NCBI GenBank assembly: GCA_048625195.1
Contig: JBMCRE010000003.1
Location: 5,341 to 69,340 of the forward strand
DNA length: 64,000 bases
Direction: 5' to 3'
Source: Nanobdellota archaeon
GTDB taxonomy: Archaea; Nanobdellota; Nanobdellia; Woesearchaeales; UBA583
The position numbers were made by a program, and so were the translations under genes. The notes beneath the pieces were generated by a model. The model was given only the letters and a program-made list of their open reading frames with translations, made no database searches and was not told the DNA's origin. Below, piece by piece: positions 1 through 8,849 of the stretch. The first letter of the stretch is position 1. Every line of letters starts with the position of its first letter.

Positions 1-3000
1 AGGTCTATTGTTTTCATATCTCTTGATGAATTAAGATTATTTTTTATGTTAATATTTATTTTATACATATCATTAGAATTAATCGAAGTAATAGATTTAG
101 AGATACTATTGTTTATTTGAAGAATTTTTAAGAAATTTTCTTCTTTTGCAATTGAACTTAAATTGTTAATTTCATCAGTTGCATTTATAGTCCAATTATA
201 ATACCCTGATTTTAATTTTATATTTAAACTATTATTAACATAAGAACTACAATTAATTGTTTGATTTAGTATAGAATTTAAATACAAATAACATGTTAAA
301 TTAGTTTGAGGAGATTGTATATGCCAACTAAAATTAACTTTATCTAAGGTTAATAATTTAGTATTATTTATTGGGTAGAGTAATTCTATTATTGGACCAC
401 AAGGTATTTTGAAATTAATATTTGAATATGTCGTATGATTGGTTGAATTTTTATTATCTGTTGAGTATAAATCTGTTAAATTATATTGTCCACATATACT
501 AGTATTAGTAAAAACACCACTCCAGTTACTTGTATAAGTTTTATAATTGATATTTAATTTTGTTAAATTCCAAAAAATTTTATCTAATTGAAATTCTGAG
601 TAATAATCAAAATAAACACCATTAATTTTTAAATCTCTATTTTGAGCATTTTGCCAAGCAGATAAAATAGTTTTATTTGTTATATTAATTGAATAAATTC
701 CTTTTTGTGTAATGTTTAAAGTTCCAACATTTAACCAATTATCGTTTCCAATTGATAGTTCAAGTTCTAAATCAGGATTATTATTTCCTCTTGGAGAGGA
801 ACCAGAATTGTTGTAATGAGTTACATTTATGTTTATATTGATCATTGTAATATTATGAGTTTTTTGTGAGAAGGCATTATTGTATGTTTTAATTGTAACA
901 TTTTTTTCAATATCATTTCCTCCATTACCTATTGTTATTGGTCCATTTTCTATAGCAAACCATCTTGTAACTTCATCGTTATGAGTATCACAATAATTTG
1001 CACCATCTGTTTCACAATATCTTATATCAGCACTACTTGAAGTTAAACTTTTTGCCCATGGATATGCAGGATCTTGTGGACCTGATTCTGAATTTACCAT
1101 TGTAAAAATTCTAGGATTATTGTATGTTTCTCCATAATTGATTGTAGTCCAATCAGAATTACCAATATTTTGGGTGCCGCCTGCAAATTTACTAAAGTTT
1201 GCATTTGTAATATCTATTGCAACATATCCAAATTCTTCAATTGCAGTTCCACCGCAATTATCTCCTGTACCAGGATGATCACATCCTATAATATTTGCTC
1301 CACTTGTACTTGGTGATGTGAACCATGAATGAGCTGCTATACCATTTGTAACAGATGAACCAATATTGTATGTTTGTGGTAATGCGAAAATGTAGGGAGT
1401 ATTTGTAAAGGTTTTATTAAAAGATAATGAATTAGTATTTCCATTAGTTGTTGCATTAATTTTTCCTACTTCTATCCATGAATAATTGTTAGTTTTGTCT
1501 ATATCAAATACTGCGTAATGAATATTTTCTGGGAGATAATTGTTGTCACAAGTTGTTGCTCCATTATCACGACATAATGAAATATTTGCATGTGTTTTGT
1601 TTATTGAATGAATTACTGGAATAAATGGTGAATTATCATTATTTTGAGTTGTTGCAATACCAATAATTATAGGAGTTTTATTATAAGTTTGAGTAAAGGT
1701 AATTATTTTAGAAGTTCTATTTGAAAGTTCTATTTCTCCTGTTTCTCCTATAGTTTCTCCTCCAGTAAGTGCAGTATAATTTTGCGTTTGATTTTCAATA
1801 TTATTAGTTATTACAGTTCGATTTATTATTTGAGGAATCAAGCTAATATTTTGTTTTGTTGAGTTGGGATTTACTATTGTTGAAATAGCAGATATAATAG
1901 TATTATTTCCATTAATGTCTGTTATAATTGCATTAATAGTATTGTTTTCATTAAAAAATATTTGAGATTTTGAAAAATTTATATAATTATTTTGAGGTAG
2001 TATATTACCATAATTCCCTGATTTATCAAAAGCCCATCCTCCTCCACTTTCTGAACCTGAGTGTGCTCTTTCATTAGGTTCGTCTACAAACATTCTAATA
2101 TCATTTTTATCTCCAGTATCATAAATTACAACCCAACTTCCATCTGAACCTGCAGTTGATGTTTGGGAACCAATTATAATATCTGGTGTATTTGTCCATG
2201 TTCTAGTCCAACTTTGAGTAAAAGGTCTACCATCAGGATATCCATTAATCCAATTACCTCCACTATCACCAGTATCTTTTAATTGCCATAATATTTCATA
2301 TTCAATATTACTTAATGTTCCAGTTCCTTGATCTACTGCAATCCAATAAATAGTTTCATTGTTAGTAATAGAAATAGGTGATATTGTTTTGCTTTGTGAT
2401 AAACCAATACACATCTGATCAGTTGGAACAGGATTTGATTGATTTGAAGGGTGATTTTGAAATGTTAATCCCCAAGAGTTAGGATTATTATTAGTTCCTC
2501 TTGTAGATATAACTAAAGGATTAGAGTCAAATGAGTTTGTAAAAGAAACTGTTTCTCCATAAGTAGGACATTGATGATTTCCTGTTCCAGAACTTCCTAC
2601 TTTATTGGTAGATAGTTTGTTTGCTTCAACTTTTATGTTAGAACCTGGAATTGTCCATGCTCCTTTTTCAATTGCAATATAGTGTATAGTTATTGTATCT
2701 GATGCTCCAAAGTTTTCATCACTACTTTTTATCATAAAGGAATTTGAAGTTACATTTGTAATCCAAACACCAATTCCATAATTATTTGTTGTACTTGAAT
2801 ATTCAGGAGTTGCTGTAATAATTGGTTCATTATAATTATTTGTTAAATTTATTTTTGTCCATGTTTCAGGGGATATTGATTGTGAATTCCATTCCATTTG
2901 AAAGTTTTGAGCAAAAATTTGTTGTGTGAAAATAATTATAGTTATAACTATGATTATGGATTTTAGAAATGTTCTTTTGCAATTTTGAGTACTTTTATTT

Positions 3001-3008
3001 TCTTTCAT
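1..3008 (-). CDS. Large secreted/surface protein. The 5' end is complete and the 3' end runs off the window, with about 1002 codons visible. It has a signal/anchor, six tandem H-type-lectin-like modules, and an Asn-rich sequon-dense distal part.
   Basis: Absent from the ORF track because it has no in-window stop. I translated the minus strand from the ATG at 3008..3006 (MKENKSTQNCKRTFLKSIIIVITIIIFTQQIFAQ...). Spot checks of the frame at several places down to base 3 found no stop. The N-terminus is hydrophobic. Repeated modules end in IHYIAIEKG, IYWIAVDQG, GGWAFDKSG, IHYAVFDID, FGYVAIDIT and TRWFAIENG. Confidence 0.7.
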   Translation of the reverse strand, partial: MKENKSTQNCKRTFLKSIIIVITIIIFTQQIFAQNFQMEWNSQSISPETWTKINLTNNYNEPIITATPEYSSTTNNYGIGVWITNVTSNSFMIKSSDENFGASDTITIHYIAIEKGAWTIPGSNIKVEANKLSTNKVGSSGTGNHQCPTYGETVSFTNSFDSNPLVISTRGTNNNPNSWGLTFQNHPSNQSNPVPTDQMCIGLSQSKTISPISITNNETIYWIAVDQGTGTLSNIEYEILWQLKDTGDSGGNWINGYPDGRPFTQSWTRTWTNTPDIIIGSQTSTAGSDGSWVVIYDTGDKNDIRMFVDEPNERAHSGSESGGGWAFDKSGNYGNILPQNNYINFSKSQIFFNENNTINAIITDINGNNTIISAISTIVNPNSTKQNISLIPQIINRTVITNNIENQTQNYTALTGGETIGETGEIELSNRTSKIITFTQTYNKTPIIIGIATTQNNDNSPFIPVIHSINKTHANISLCRDNGATTCDNNYLPENIHYAVFDIDKTNNYSWIEVGKINATTNGNTNSLSFNKTFTNTPYIFALPQTYNIGSSVTNGIAAHSWFTSPSTSGANIIGCDHPGTGDNCGGTAIEEFGYVAIDITNANFSKFAGGTQNIGNSDWTTINYGETYNNPRIFTMVNSESGPQDPAYPWAKSLTSSSADIRYCETDGANYCDTHNDEVTRWFAIENGPITIGNGGNDIEKNVTIKTYNNAFSQKTHNITMINININVTHYNNSGSSPRGNNNPDLELELSIGNDNWLNVGTLNITQKGIYSINITNKTILSAWQNAQNRDLKINGVYFDYYSEFQLDKIFWNLTKLNINYKTYTSNWSGVFTNTSICGQYNLTDLYSTDNKNSTNHTTYSNINFKIPCGPIIELLYPINNTKLLTLDKVNFSWHIQSPQTNLTCYLYLNSILNQTINCSSYVNNSLNIKLKSGYYNWTINATDEINNLSSIAKEENFLKILQINNSISKSITSINSNDMYKININIKNNLNSSRDMKTID

Positions 3009-3029
3009 AAATCGTACTAAGTACGATTT
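3009..3029. promoter_or_regulatory. Perfect 9-bp inverted repeat (AAATCGTAC taa GTACGATTT) directly abutting the start codon of the surface-protein gene
   Basis: Read directly from the sequence. The GC-containing core stands out in AT-rich DNA. Its function (operator or 5' mRNA hairpin) is unknown. Confidence 0.3.
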
Positions 3030-3206
3030 AATTGATTAAATTATAAAGTTTTTAATAAGAATTAAAAAGTAATGAAAGAATTTTATTTTTTTAGAGTGGT
3101 TTGTTTTTGAGTGAAGTTTTTTTATTAGAAAAAATATTTTTTATAAATAGATGAATTTGAAAAAAATTAGATAAAATTTATAATTGTTTAATATTAAATT
3201 TGATTT

Positions 3207-3542
3207 TTAGAAGTATTGATATAAATTTAATTTTATTGTAAATAATATAAATAATATAAATATTGATATTAGTATGCTAGTAATTGCAAATCCAATTCCC
3301 CAATCTTTATTTTTATTGTTTTTAATATTTATAATGGCAATTACTCCTAAAGTTATAGAAAGAATTGTTATTAATGTGAGAAATATTGTATAGATTAAAT
3401 ATTGAATTAATGGAAATAAAAATATTATGTTAAACAACAAAAAAAGTGAAATTATAAAAGACCATAAAGAATAAAAGTTAATTTCTTTTTTTATCCTTTT
3501 ATATGCTTTTGTTTTTTTGTAATATTCTTGTGCTTTATCCAT
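3207..3542 (-). CDS. Small integral membrane protein (hypothetical)
   Basis: 111-aa ORF with a Lys-rich N-terminus followed by three long hydrophobic stretches. No family recognised. Confidence 0.5.
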   Translation of the reverse strand: MDKAQEYYKKTKAYKRIKKEINFYSLWSFIISLFLLFNIIFLFPLIQYLIYTIFLTLITILSITLGVIAIINIKNNKNKDWGIGFAITSILISIFILFILFTIKLNLYQYF

Positions 3543-3575
3543 AGTTTAAATTTATTTTTTTTAATGATTTATGAT

Positions 3576-3890
3576 TTATTGTACAACTACAGCAGTTCCA
3601 TATACTAATATTTCTGCAGCACCACTTGACACTGCAGCAGTCATAAAATGTATATTTACTATTGCATTTGCACCAATTTTTGTTGCGTCATTGATCATTC
3701 TTTGCATTGCAGCTTCTCTTGCTTCGTCTAATAATTCTTTATATTCTTTCAATTCTCCACCTACTATATTTCTAAATCCTGCAAGTATGTCTTTTCCAAA
3801 CCACTTAGCTCTAACTGAACTACCTCTTACTACTCCTAATGTTTTAACTGTTTTTTTTCCAGTAACTTCTTGGGTATTTACTATAATCAT
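3576..3890 (-). CDS. YbjQ/UPF0145 family protein
   Basis: The 104-aa length and the motifs GVVRGSSVRAKWFGKDILAGFRNIVGGE...YGTAVVV are typical of the family. The overlapping plus-strand ORF 3571..3981 is its shadow. Confidence 0.8.
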   Translation of the reverse strand: MIIVNTQEVTGKKTVKTLGVVRGSSVRAKWFGKDILAGFRNIVGGELKEYKELLDEAREAAMQRMINDATKIGANAIVNIHFMTAAVSSGAAEILVYGTAVVVQ

Positions 3891-4085
3891 ATTATATTAT
3901 TTTATTGATAGTTTAAAAATTTTTGGGAAGTGTTTTTGCTTTTTTGAGATTATTTTATACTTTATTATTGTAAATTTTTAATGTATTATTTATTTTTTAA
4001 GATAAAGTAAATTTTTATTTCTAAATCTTAATTTTATATTGAAATTCAACAAAAGGTTTATATATAAATAAAAAGTATTTAAATT

Positions 4086-4487
4086 ATGACTAAAATATTA
4101 AATGATATTCCACTTTTGACTTTCAATTCTTTATATAATCTTTTAAGAGAAGAAAAAAGAACAAAAAAACTTCAAAAATTACCAGAATTGTTTTATGAGG
4201 CTTTAGAAAAATTTTTAATAGAAAAAAAAGACGAGATAAAGCAATTAAAAAAAGATAATGTTGATATGCAAAAATTAAAAAAAGAGAGGTATATTTTTTA
4301 TAATTCTAAAAAGATATCTAATGAATTATTGAATTTAAGATTTATGAAGATTAGTAATATTACAATTAAAAATAAAATTTTTGAAGATGAAATATTGTCT
4401 GAAGATAATATATTAGAAAGAGAAAAGGAATTTTATGTAAGTGTTCAAAAAGGAGTTAGTAAAATGTTAAAGTTAATTCAAATATAA
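4086..4487 (+). CDS. GINS-like DNA replication protein (small archaeal GINS subunit)
   Basis: The N-terminal pattern LTFNSLYNLLREEKRTKKLQKLPELFYEALEKFL matches the archaeal GINS A-domain signature (L..L...E......LQ.L...FY) as I remember it. Confidence 0.45.
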   Translation: MTKILNDIPLLTFNSLYNLLREEKRTKKLQKLPELFYEALEKFLIEKKDEIKQLKKDNVDMQKLKKERYIFYNSKKISNELLNLRFMKISNITIKNKIFEDEILSEDNILEREKEFYVSVQKGVSKMLKLIQI

Positions 4488-4488
4488 A

Positions 4489-5517
4489 ATGCAATCAAAA
4501 TATAATATAAAGACTGAGAAAATTTTTTTGTTAATATTGAGTGTATTATTTATTATTTTAACAATAATTTTATTGAGAAGTATTTTTTCAGTAATTATTT
4601 ATAGTATAATTTTATCGTATTTTTTATATCCTTTGTATAAAAAGTTTAATCAGAAAATAAAAAATGAGAGTATATGTGGTATTTTGACTATTTTTAGTTC
4701 TATTTTTATTGTTTTTGTACCGTTAGTTCTTTTAACATATTTTTTAATTTTAAACTTAATAAAAATTTTAGTTGAATATAAAGAATATATAGAAAATCCT
4801 GAATTATTAAATTTAGTTGTATCTGATTTTATTGGAAAAATGACTAATTCAACATTTTTTACTAATTTTGATTTTTCTGGATTAATAAATATGGTAGTAT
4901 CATTTGTGTTGAATTTTTCTAAATCTTTTTTTTCTTCAATTCCTATGATGATGGCTTATTTTGTAATAATGCTTTTTATTTCTTATTATATTTTAATGCA
5001 TAACAAAAAAATTTTAAAAGCAATTAATGATTATATTCCTCTTAGTATTCATAAGCAAAATCAAATTTTAACTAAAATTGAAAGAAATGTGAAATCTTTA
5101 TTTAGAGGATATTTTTTAACAGGATTGATTCAAACTTTTATTGCATTTTTAGGTTATTGGGTATTAGGTGCTCCAAATTTATTGATAATTACTTTTTTAA
5201 CATTGCTTACCAGTTTAATTCCATATATTGGTACTCCTTTTGTTTGGTTGCCTGTTGCTTTATTTATGATGTTTACAGGTAATGAAGTAGGGGGAGTTTG
5301 GCTTCTAATTTATGGAAGTTTGGTGATTAATTTAGTAGATAATTTTTTGAGACCTATTTTAATGAGTGGAAAAGATTCAGCTCCTCCTGCAGTTGTGTTT
5401 ATAGGGTTTGTTGGAGGTATTTTTGCATTTGGAATTTCAGGAATTATTTTAGGACCTTTAATTTTGACTATTACAAGTATTTTATTAAAGTATTTAAAAG
5501 ATGCTTATGAATATTGA
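4489..5517 (+). CDS. AI-2E family transporter (PerM/UPF0118)
   Basis: Multi-TM 342-aa protein with the characteristic LIPYIGTPFVWLPVALF and RPILMSG segments. It lies 1 nt downstream of the previous ORF. Confidence 0.8.
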   Translation: MQSKYNIKTEKIFLLILSVLFIILTIILLRSIFSVIIYSIILSYFLYPLYKKFNQKIKNESICGILTIFSSIFIVFVPLVLLTYFLILNLIKILVEYKEYIENPELLNLVVSDFIGKMTNSTFFTNFDFSGLINMVVSFVLNFSKSFFSSIPMMMAYFVIMLFISYYILMHNKKILKAINDYIPLSIHKQNQILTKIERNVKSLFRGYFLTGLIQTFIAFLGYWVLGAPNLLIITFLTLLTSLIPYIGTPFVWLPVALFMMFTGNEVGGVWLLIYGSLVINLVDNFLRPILMSGKDSAPPAVVFIGFVGGIFAFGISGIILGPLILTITSILLKYLKDAYEY

Positions 5518-5560
5518 TATTTTAAAGTTATTATTTTATAATATTAGATTTTATATAAAG

Positions 5561-5654
5561 AGTTTTGAAAAAGTACTAATTTAATAAAATGGAGCTTATG
5601 AAACCTTTAAATTTAAGTTTTTAAAGATGTTTCTTAAAAATTGTTGAGTTTTTC
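5561..5654 (+). repeat. Copy A of a ~95-nt conserved intergenic element (partner at 39209..39303)
   Basis: Hand alignment to 39209..39303 gives roughly three quarters identical positions, including long identical runs (tttgaaaaagta, taaaat.gag.ttatg, aaatttaagttttt, ttgagtttttc). Confidence 0.6.
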
Positions 5655-5660
5655 AAAGTT

Positions 5661-5996
5661 CTATATAATTAGTTTAAGTTCTTTTTTGACTTTTTCTAAA
5701 ACTTTGTTATTGACAATTCCAATTTTCATTTTAATCATTTTTTTTTCAATAGGGGTTATTTTGTCAATTCTAATTCTACTTTTTTTTATTAATTTACCTA
5801 AAACTAAATCTGATTGATTTATAGTAAAAGAATATTTAACATGTTTTAATATTGTAGTCATAGGTACAACTAAACAATCTTTAGAATAATTATTAAATTT
5901 ATTATTTGATATAACTAAAGCAGGTCTAACTTTAGAATTTTCTTTATTTGAAAAAGGGAAAGATATTAAAATTATTTCTTTTTGTTTAATTTCCAT
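5661..5996 (-). CDS. mazF: MazF/PemK family endoribonuclease toxin
   Basis: ISFPFSN...KVRPALVISNN...CLVVPMTT pattern. It sits immediately downstream of an AbrB-type antitoxin gene. Confidence 0.8.
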   Translation of the reverse strand: MEIKQKEIILISFPFSNKENSKVRPALVISNNKFNNYSKDCLVVPMTTILKHVKYSFTINQSDLVLGKLIKKSRIRIDKITPIEKKMIKMKIGIVNNKVLEKVKKELKLII

Positions 5997-5999
5997 TTG

Positions 6000-6269
6000 T
6001 TAAGAAATTTTATTTTCTAAGTATTTGTTCCATATATCATCTTCTTCGTTATCCCATACATCTAATAAAGATTTTTGATTAAGTTCAATCATATCTGAAA
6101 AATTATCAATAATATTTTGATTAACATTATTAACTTTTTCAATAAGTATTCTCCCTTTATTTTCTATAATAATTAATTCATCTCCTTTTTGAATTCCAAT
6201 AATTTCTCTAATTGAAGAAGGTATGGATATTTGACCTTTATTTGTTACTTTTATTGTTTTTGTGATCAT
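6000..6269 (-). CDS. AbrB/MazE/SpoVT-type antitoxin
   Basis: N-terminal swapped-hairpin motif VTNKGQISIPSSIREIIGIQKGDELIIIENKGRILIEKV. It lies 3 nt upstream of mazF. Confidence 0.75.
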   Translation of the reverse strand: MITKTIKVTNKGQISIPSSIREIIGIQKGDELIIIENKGRILIEKVNNVNQNIIDNFSDMIELNQKSLLDVWDNEEDDIWNKYLENKIS

Positions 6270-6465
6270 AATAAAGTAAGAATTTTCTTACTTATAAATA
6301 TATCTATTTTATTTTGTAGTACTTGATAATTATTTTATCCTATATTTATTTTTAAATTTGAGAATAATATTTAGTTTAGTTATAATTTGGTAATATTTTT
6401 GTATGTTTTTTTGAAATTTTTTATAGTAAAATTTAAAAATATTTAGTTTGATTTTTTTTTATTGA

Positions 6466-8631
6466 ATGAATTTTAATGTAAATAAATTTGAGTGTATAGA
6501 AAAGATTTTGAGAGAATATAATTATGATTTTGAATTAGTTAGAGTTATTGATGATAAATGTTTTAGTGGTTGTTTTATTGTTAAAAATAAAAAGTTAGCA
6601 AATAGATATGAGATAATTAAATTTATAGATTCAGTTGAAAAAGAAGTTATTGATAATTTTAAATCAGAAATAAATGTTTTGTCTATTTTAAATCATTCAA
6701 ATATTCCAAAAATATATGATGTATTGATAGATAAAGATATTGTTTTGTTTAGGTGTGAATATGTAAATGGAATGTCTTTAGAAGAATTGATCAAAATTTG
6801 TAAGAAAAAAAATATTTATTTGTCAGAAGTTTTTATTTTAAATTTGATATTGAAATTATCTGATGCTTTGTATTATACTCATAATGAATTGAAAAGTAAT
6901 GGTCAAAAAGTTGAAATAATTCATTGTGATGTAAAGCCATCTAATGTTTTAGTTAAAATTGATGAAAAAGATTTGAAAAACAATTTTAATTTGGATAATT
7001 TAGAAGTTTATTTGATTGATTTTGGGATTTTTATTTTGCAAAATGAGATAAGGAATAATTTTGTTGGAAGTATCAATTATATGTCAAAATGGCAAATTGA
7101 AAATAAAAAAATAGATTGGAGGACTGATGTTTATCAATTAACTTTATTGTATTTAGAATTATTAACTAATGAAAAACCTTTTTCTAAATTTAGTTATAAA
7201 AAAATTGTTGAATTGAAAAAAAATGATGAAATAAATATTCCTAAAAATATTTCAATAAGTAAAATAAATTTTATTAAGAAAGGAACTTTTACTAATGAAA
7301 ATAAAAAATATTTAGATGAAAAAGATTTTTTAAATGATTTGAATAAATTGTATATACGTCAAAAAGTTTTGAAAAAGTTTAATGATAATAAAATGTTTAT
7401 TAAAGGATTTTTTTTGTTTTCTTTTTGTTTGTTATTTTTTAATATGAGTTATCTTGTTTATGATTATAAATTTAATAGTGTTTATTCTATGTTGAAAATT
7501 GTTGAAGATAATGATAATTTATCTTTAGATGAATTAGAGCATGTTTTAAATAATATTCAAAAAAGAAGCTTTGAAAAAAAGTATTTGAGTTCTTTATTAG
7601 ATGGTTATTTTATTGATAAAAATAATTCTTTATTATATCCTAGTTTTTTAGATGATAGAGGTGAATGGATTTTAATTAAAAATCATTTAGAGGCCTCTGG
7701 CGCTTTTGTAGGGTTGTTATATGATAATAGTAATGATGATTTGAAGGTATTAAATATTGCAAATAAATATGTAGATGATATTTTGAAATCGAGTTATAGA
7801 GGTTCTGATGAAAATAGATATACTTATGCATTGATTAGTGCATATCAACATACAGGTGATGAGAAATATGTCAATAGTTTGAAAAATATTTCAGAAGAGA
7901 TTATAGTGGCATTTGAAAAAAAACAAGGATTGAATCAAATTAGGGATATGTATTATTATGAATTATTTTTATTTTTGTATAATTATACTGGGAATAAAAA
8001 ATATTTAGATGTTTTTGAAAATAGAGTTAAGGATTTTATTAAGTATAATATTAATGAAAATGGATATGTTTATGAGAATTCGATTATTAATTTTACTTCT
8101 CCTATGGGATTTATTAGAGAAGATAAAAGTAATGTTCTTTTGGTTGAATTGGATGATAAAAAAATAGGTAAGCGTTTGTCTAATAATTATTCTAATTTAG
8201 AATATTTTGAGAATAAAACTTCTTGTTTCACAAGAGATTTTGCAATAGTTTTAATTGCTTTGAATAGTTTATACGATGTGACTAATGATAGTTTATATGA
8301 AGATACTATCGAGAGAATGGTTGATTATTATATTAAAAATAATTTGGTAGAGGGAGTAGATTATTTATTTGTTTTTAGAGCTGGAAATTTAGAAATACCT
8401 TATGATATTTTAGCAACTGTTAGGATGGTTGATTTTTTTAAAGAATATAATTCTTCTTTGTATGAAAAAAAATTAAGATCTTTATTAGATTTGAGTAATT
8501 TTAATTTAAAGTATGATCATGGTATATTGGTTAATAATGTTAAAATTAATGGTTTTCAATATCAACATAATGCTCATGAGTTGATTAATCAAACATTTGT
8601 TTTAACAGATAGAGAATTTTTGAATATTTGA
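6466..8631 (+). CDS. Membrane Ser/Thr protein kinase (Hanks-type) with a large C-terminal alpha/alpha-repeat domain
   Basis: Catalytic loop IIHCDVKPSNVLV and DFG motif (YLIDFGIF). There is one hydrophobic segment (FIKGFFLFSFCLLFFNMSYLVY). The C-terminal ~385 aa carry repeated helical-hairpin motifs (ALISAYQHTGDEKYVNSL, LFLYNYTGNKKYLDVF, LNSLYDVTNDSLYEDTI). Confidence 0.75.
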   Translation: MNFNVNKFECIEKILREYNYDFELVRVIDDKCFSGCFIVKNKKLANRYEIIKFIDSVEKEVIDNFKSEINVLSILNHSNIPKIYDVLIDKDIVLFRCEYVNGMSLEELIKICKKKNIYLSEVFILNLILKLSDALYYTHNELKSNGQKVEIIHCDVKPSNVLVKIDEKDLKNNFNLDNLEVYLIDFGIFILQNEIRNNFVGSINYMSKWQIENKKIDWRTDVYQLTLLYLELLTNEKPFSKFSYKKIVELKKNDEINIPKNISISKINFIKKGTFTNENKKYLDEKDFLNDLNKLYIRQKVLKKFNDNKMFIKGFFLFSFCLLFFNMSYLVYDYKFNSVYSMLKIVEDNDNLSLDELEHVLNNIQKRSFEKKYLSSLLDGYFIDKNNSLLYPSFLDDRGEWILIKNHLEASGAFVGLLYDNSNDDLKVLNIANKYVDDILKSSYRGSDENRYTYALISAYQHTGDEKYVNSLKNISEEIIVAFEKKQGLNQIRDMYYYELFLFLYNYTGNKKYLDVFENRVKDFIKYNINENGYVYENSIINFTSPMGFIREDKSNVLLVELDDKKIGKRLSNNYSNLEYFENKTSCFTRDFAIVLIALNSLYDVTNDSLYEDTIERMVDYYIKNNLVEGVDYLFVFRAGNLEIPYDILATVRMVDFFKEYNSSLYEKKLRSLLDLSNFNLKYDHGILVNNVKINGFQYQHNAHELINQTFVLTDREFLNI

Positions 8632-8849
8632 AAAGTGAGTTTTATAATTTGTTTATTTTTTTATATTAGTGTGATTAAAAGTTAATAGGTTTAATTTTAT
8701 TAAAAGGATATTTTTTCAAAGTATTCTATGGTCTAATTAGTTTATTTAAGGATTGTTTTATATCGATGAATTGAAATATAATTTAAAAGATATTTTAAAA
8801 TTATTTATATAAAGAAAAGTTTATAATATAGAAGTATAATTTATTATTT

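Noticed and set aside
3571-3981. 136-aa plus-strand ORF, longer than the opposite-strand gene
   Set aside because: The opposite strand encodes a clear YbjQ/UPF0145 protein. The plus-strand translation is low-complexity and hydrophobic with no family features, so it is an antisense shadow.
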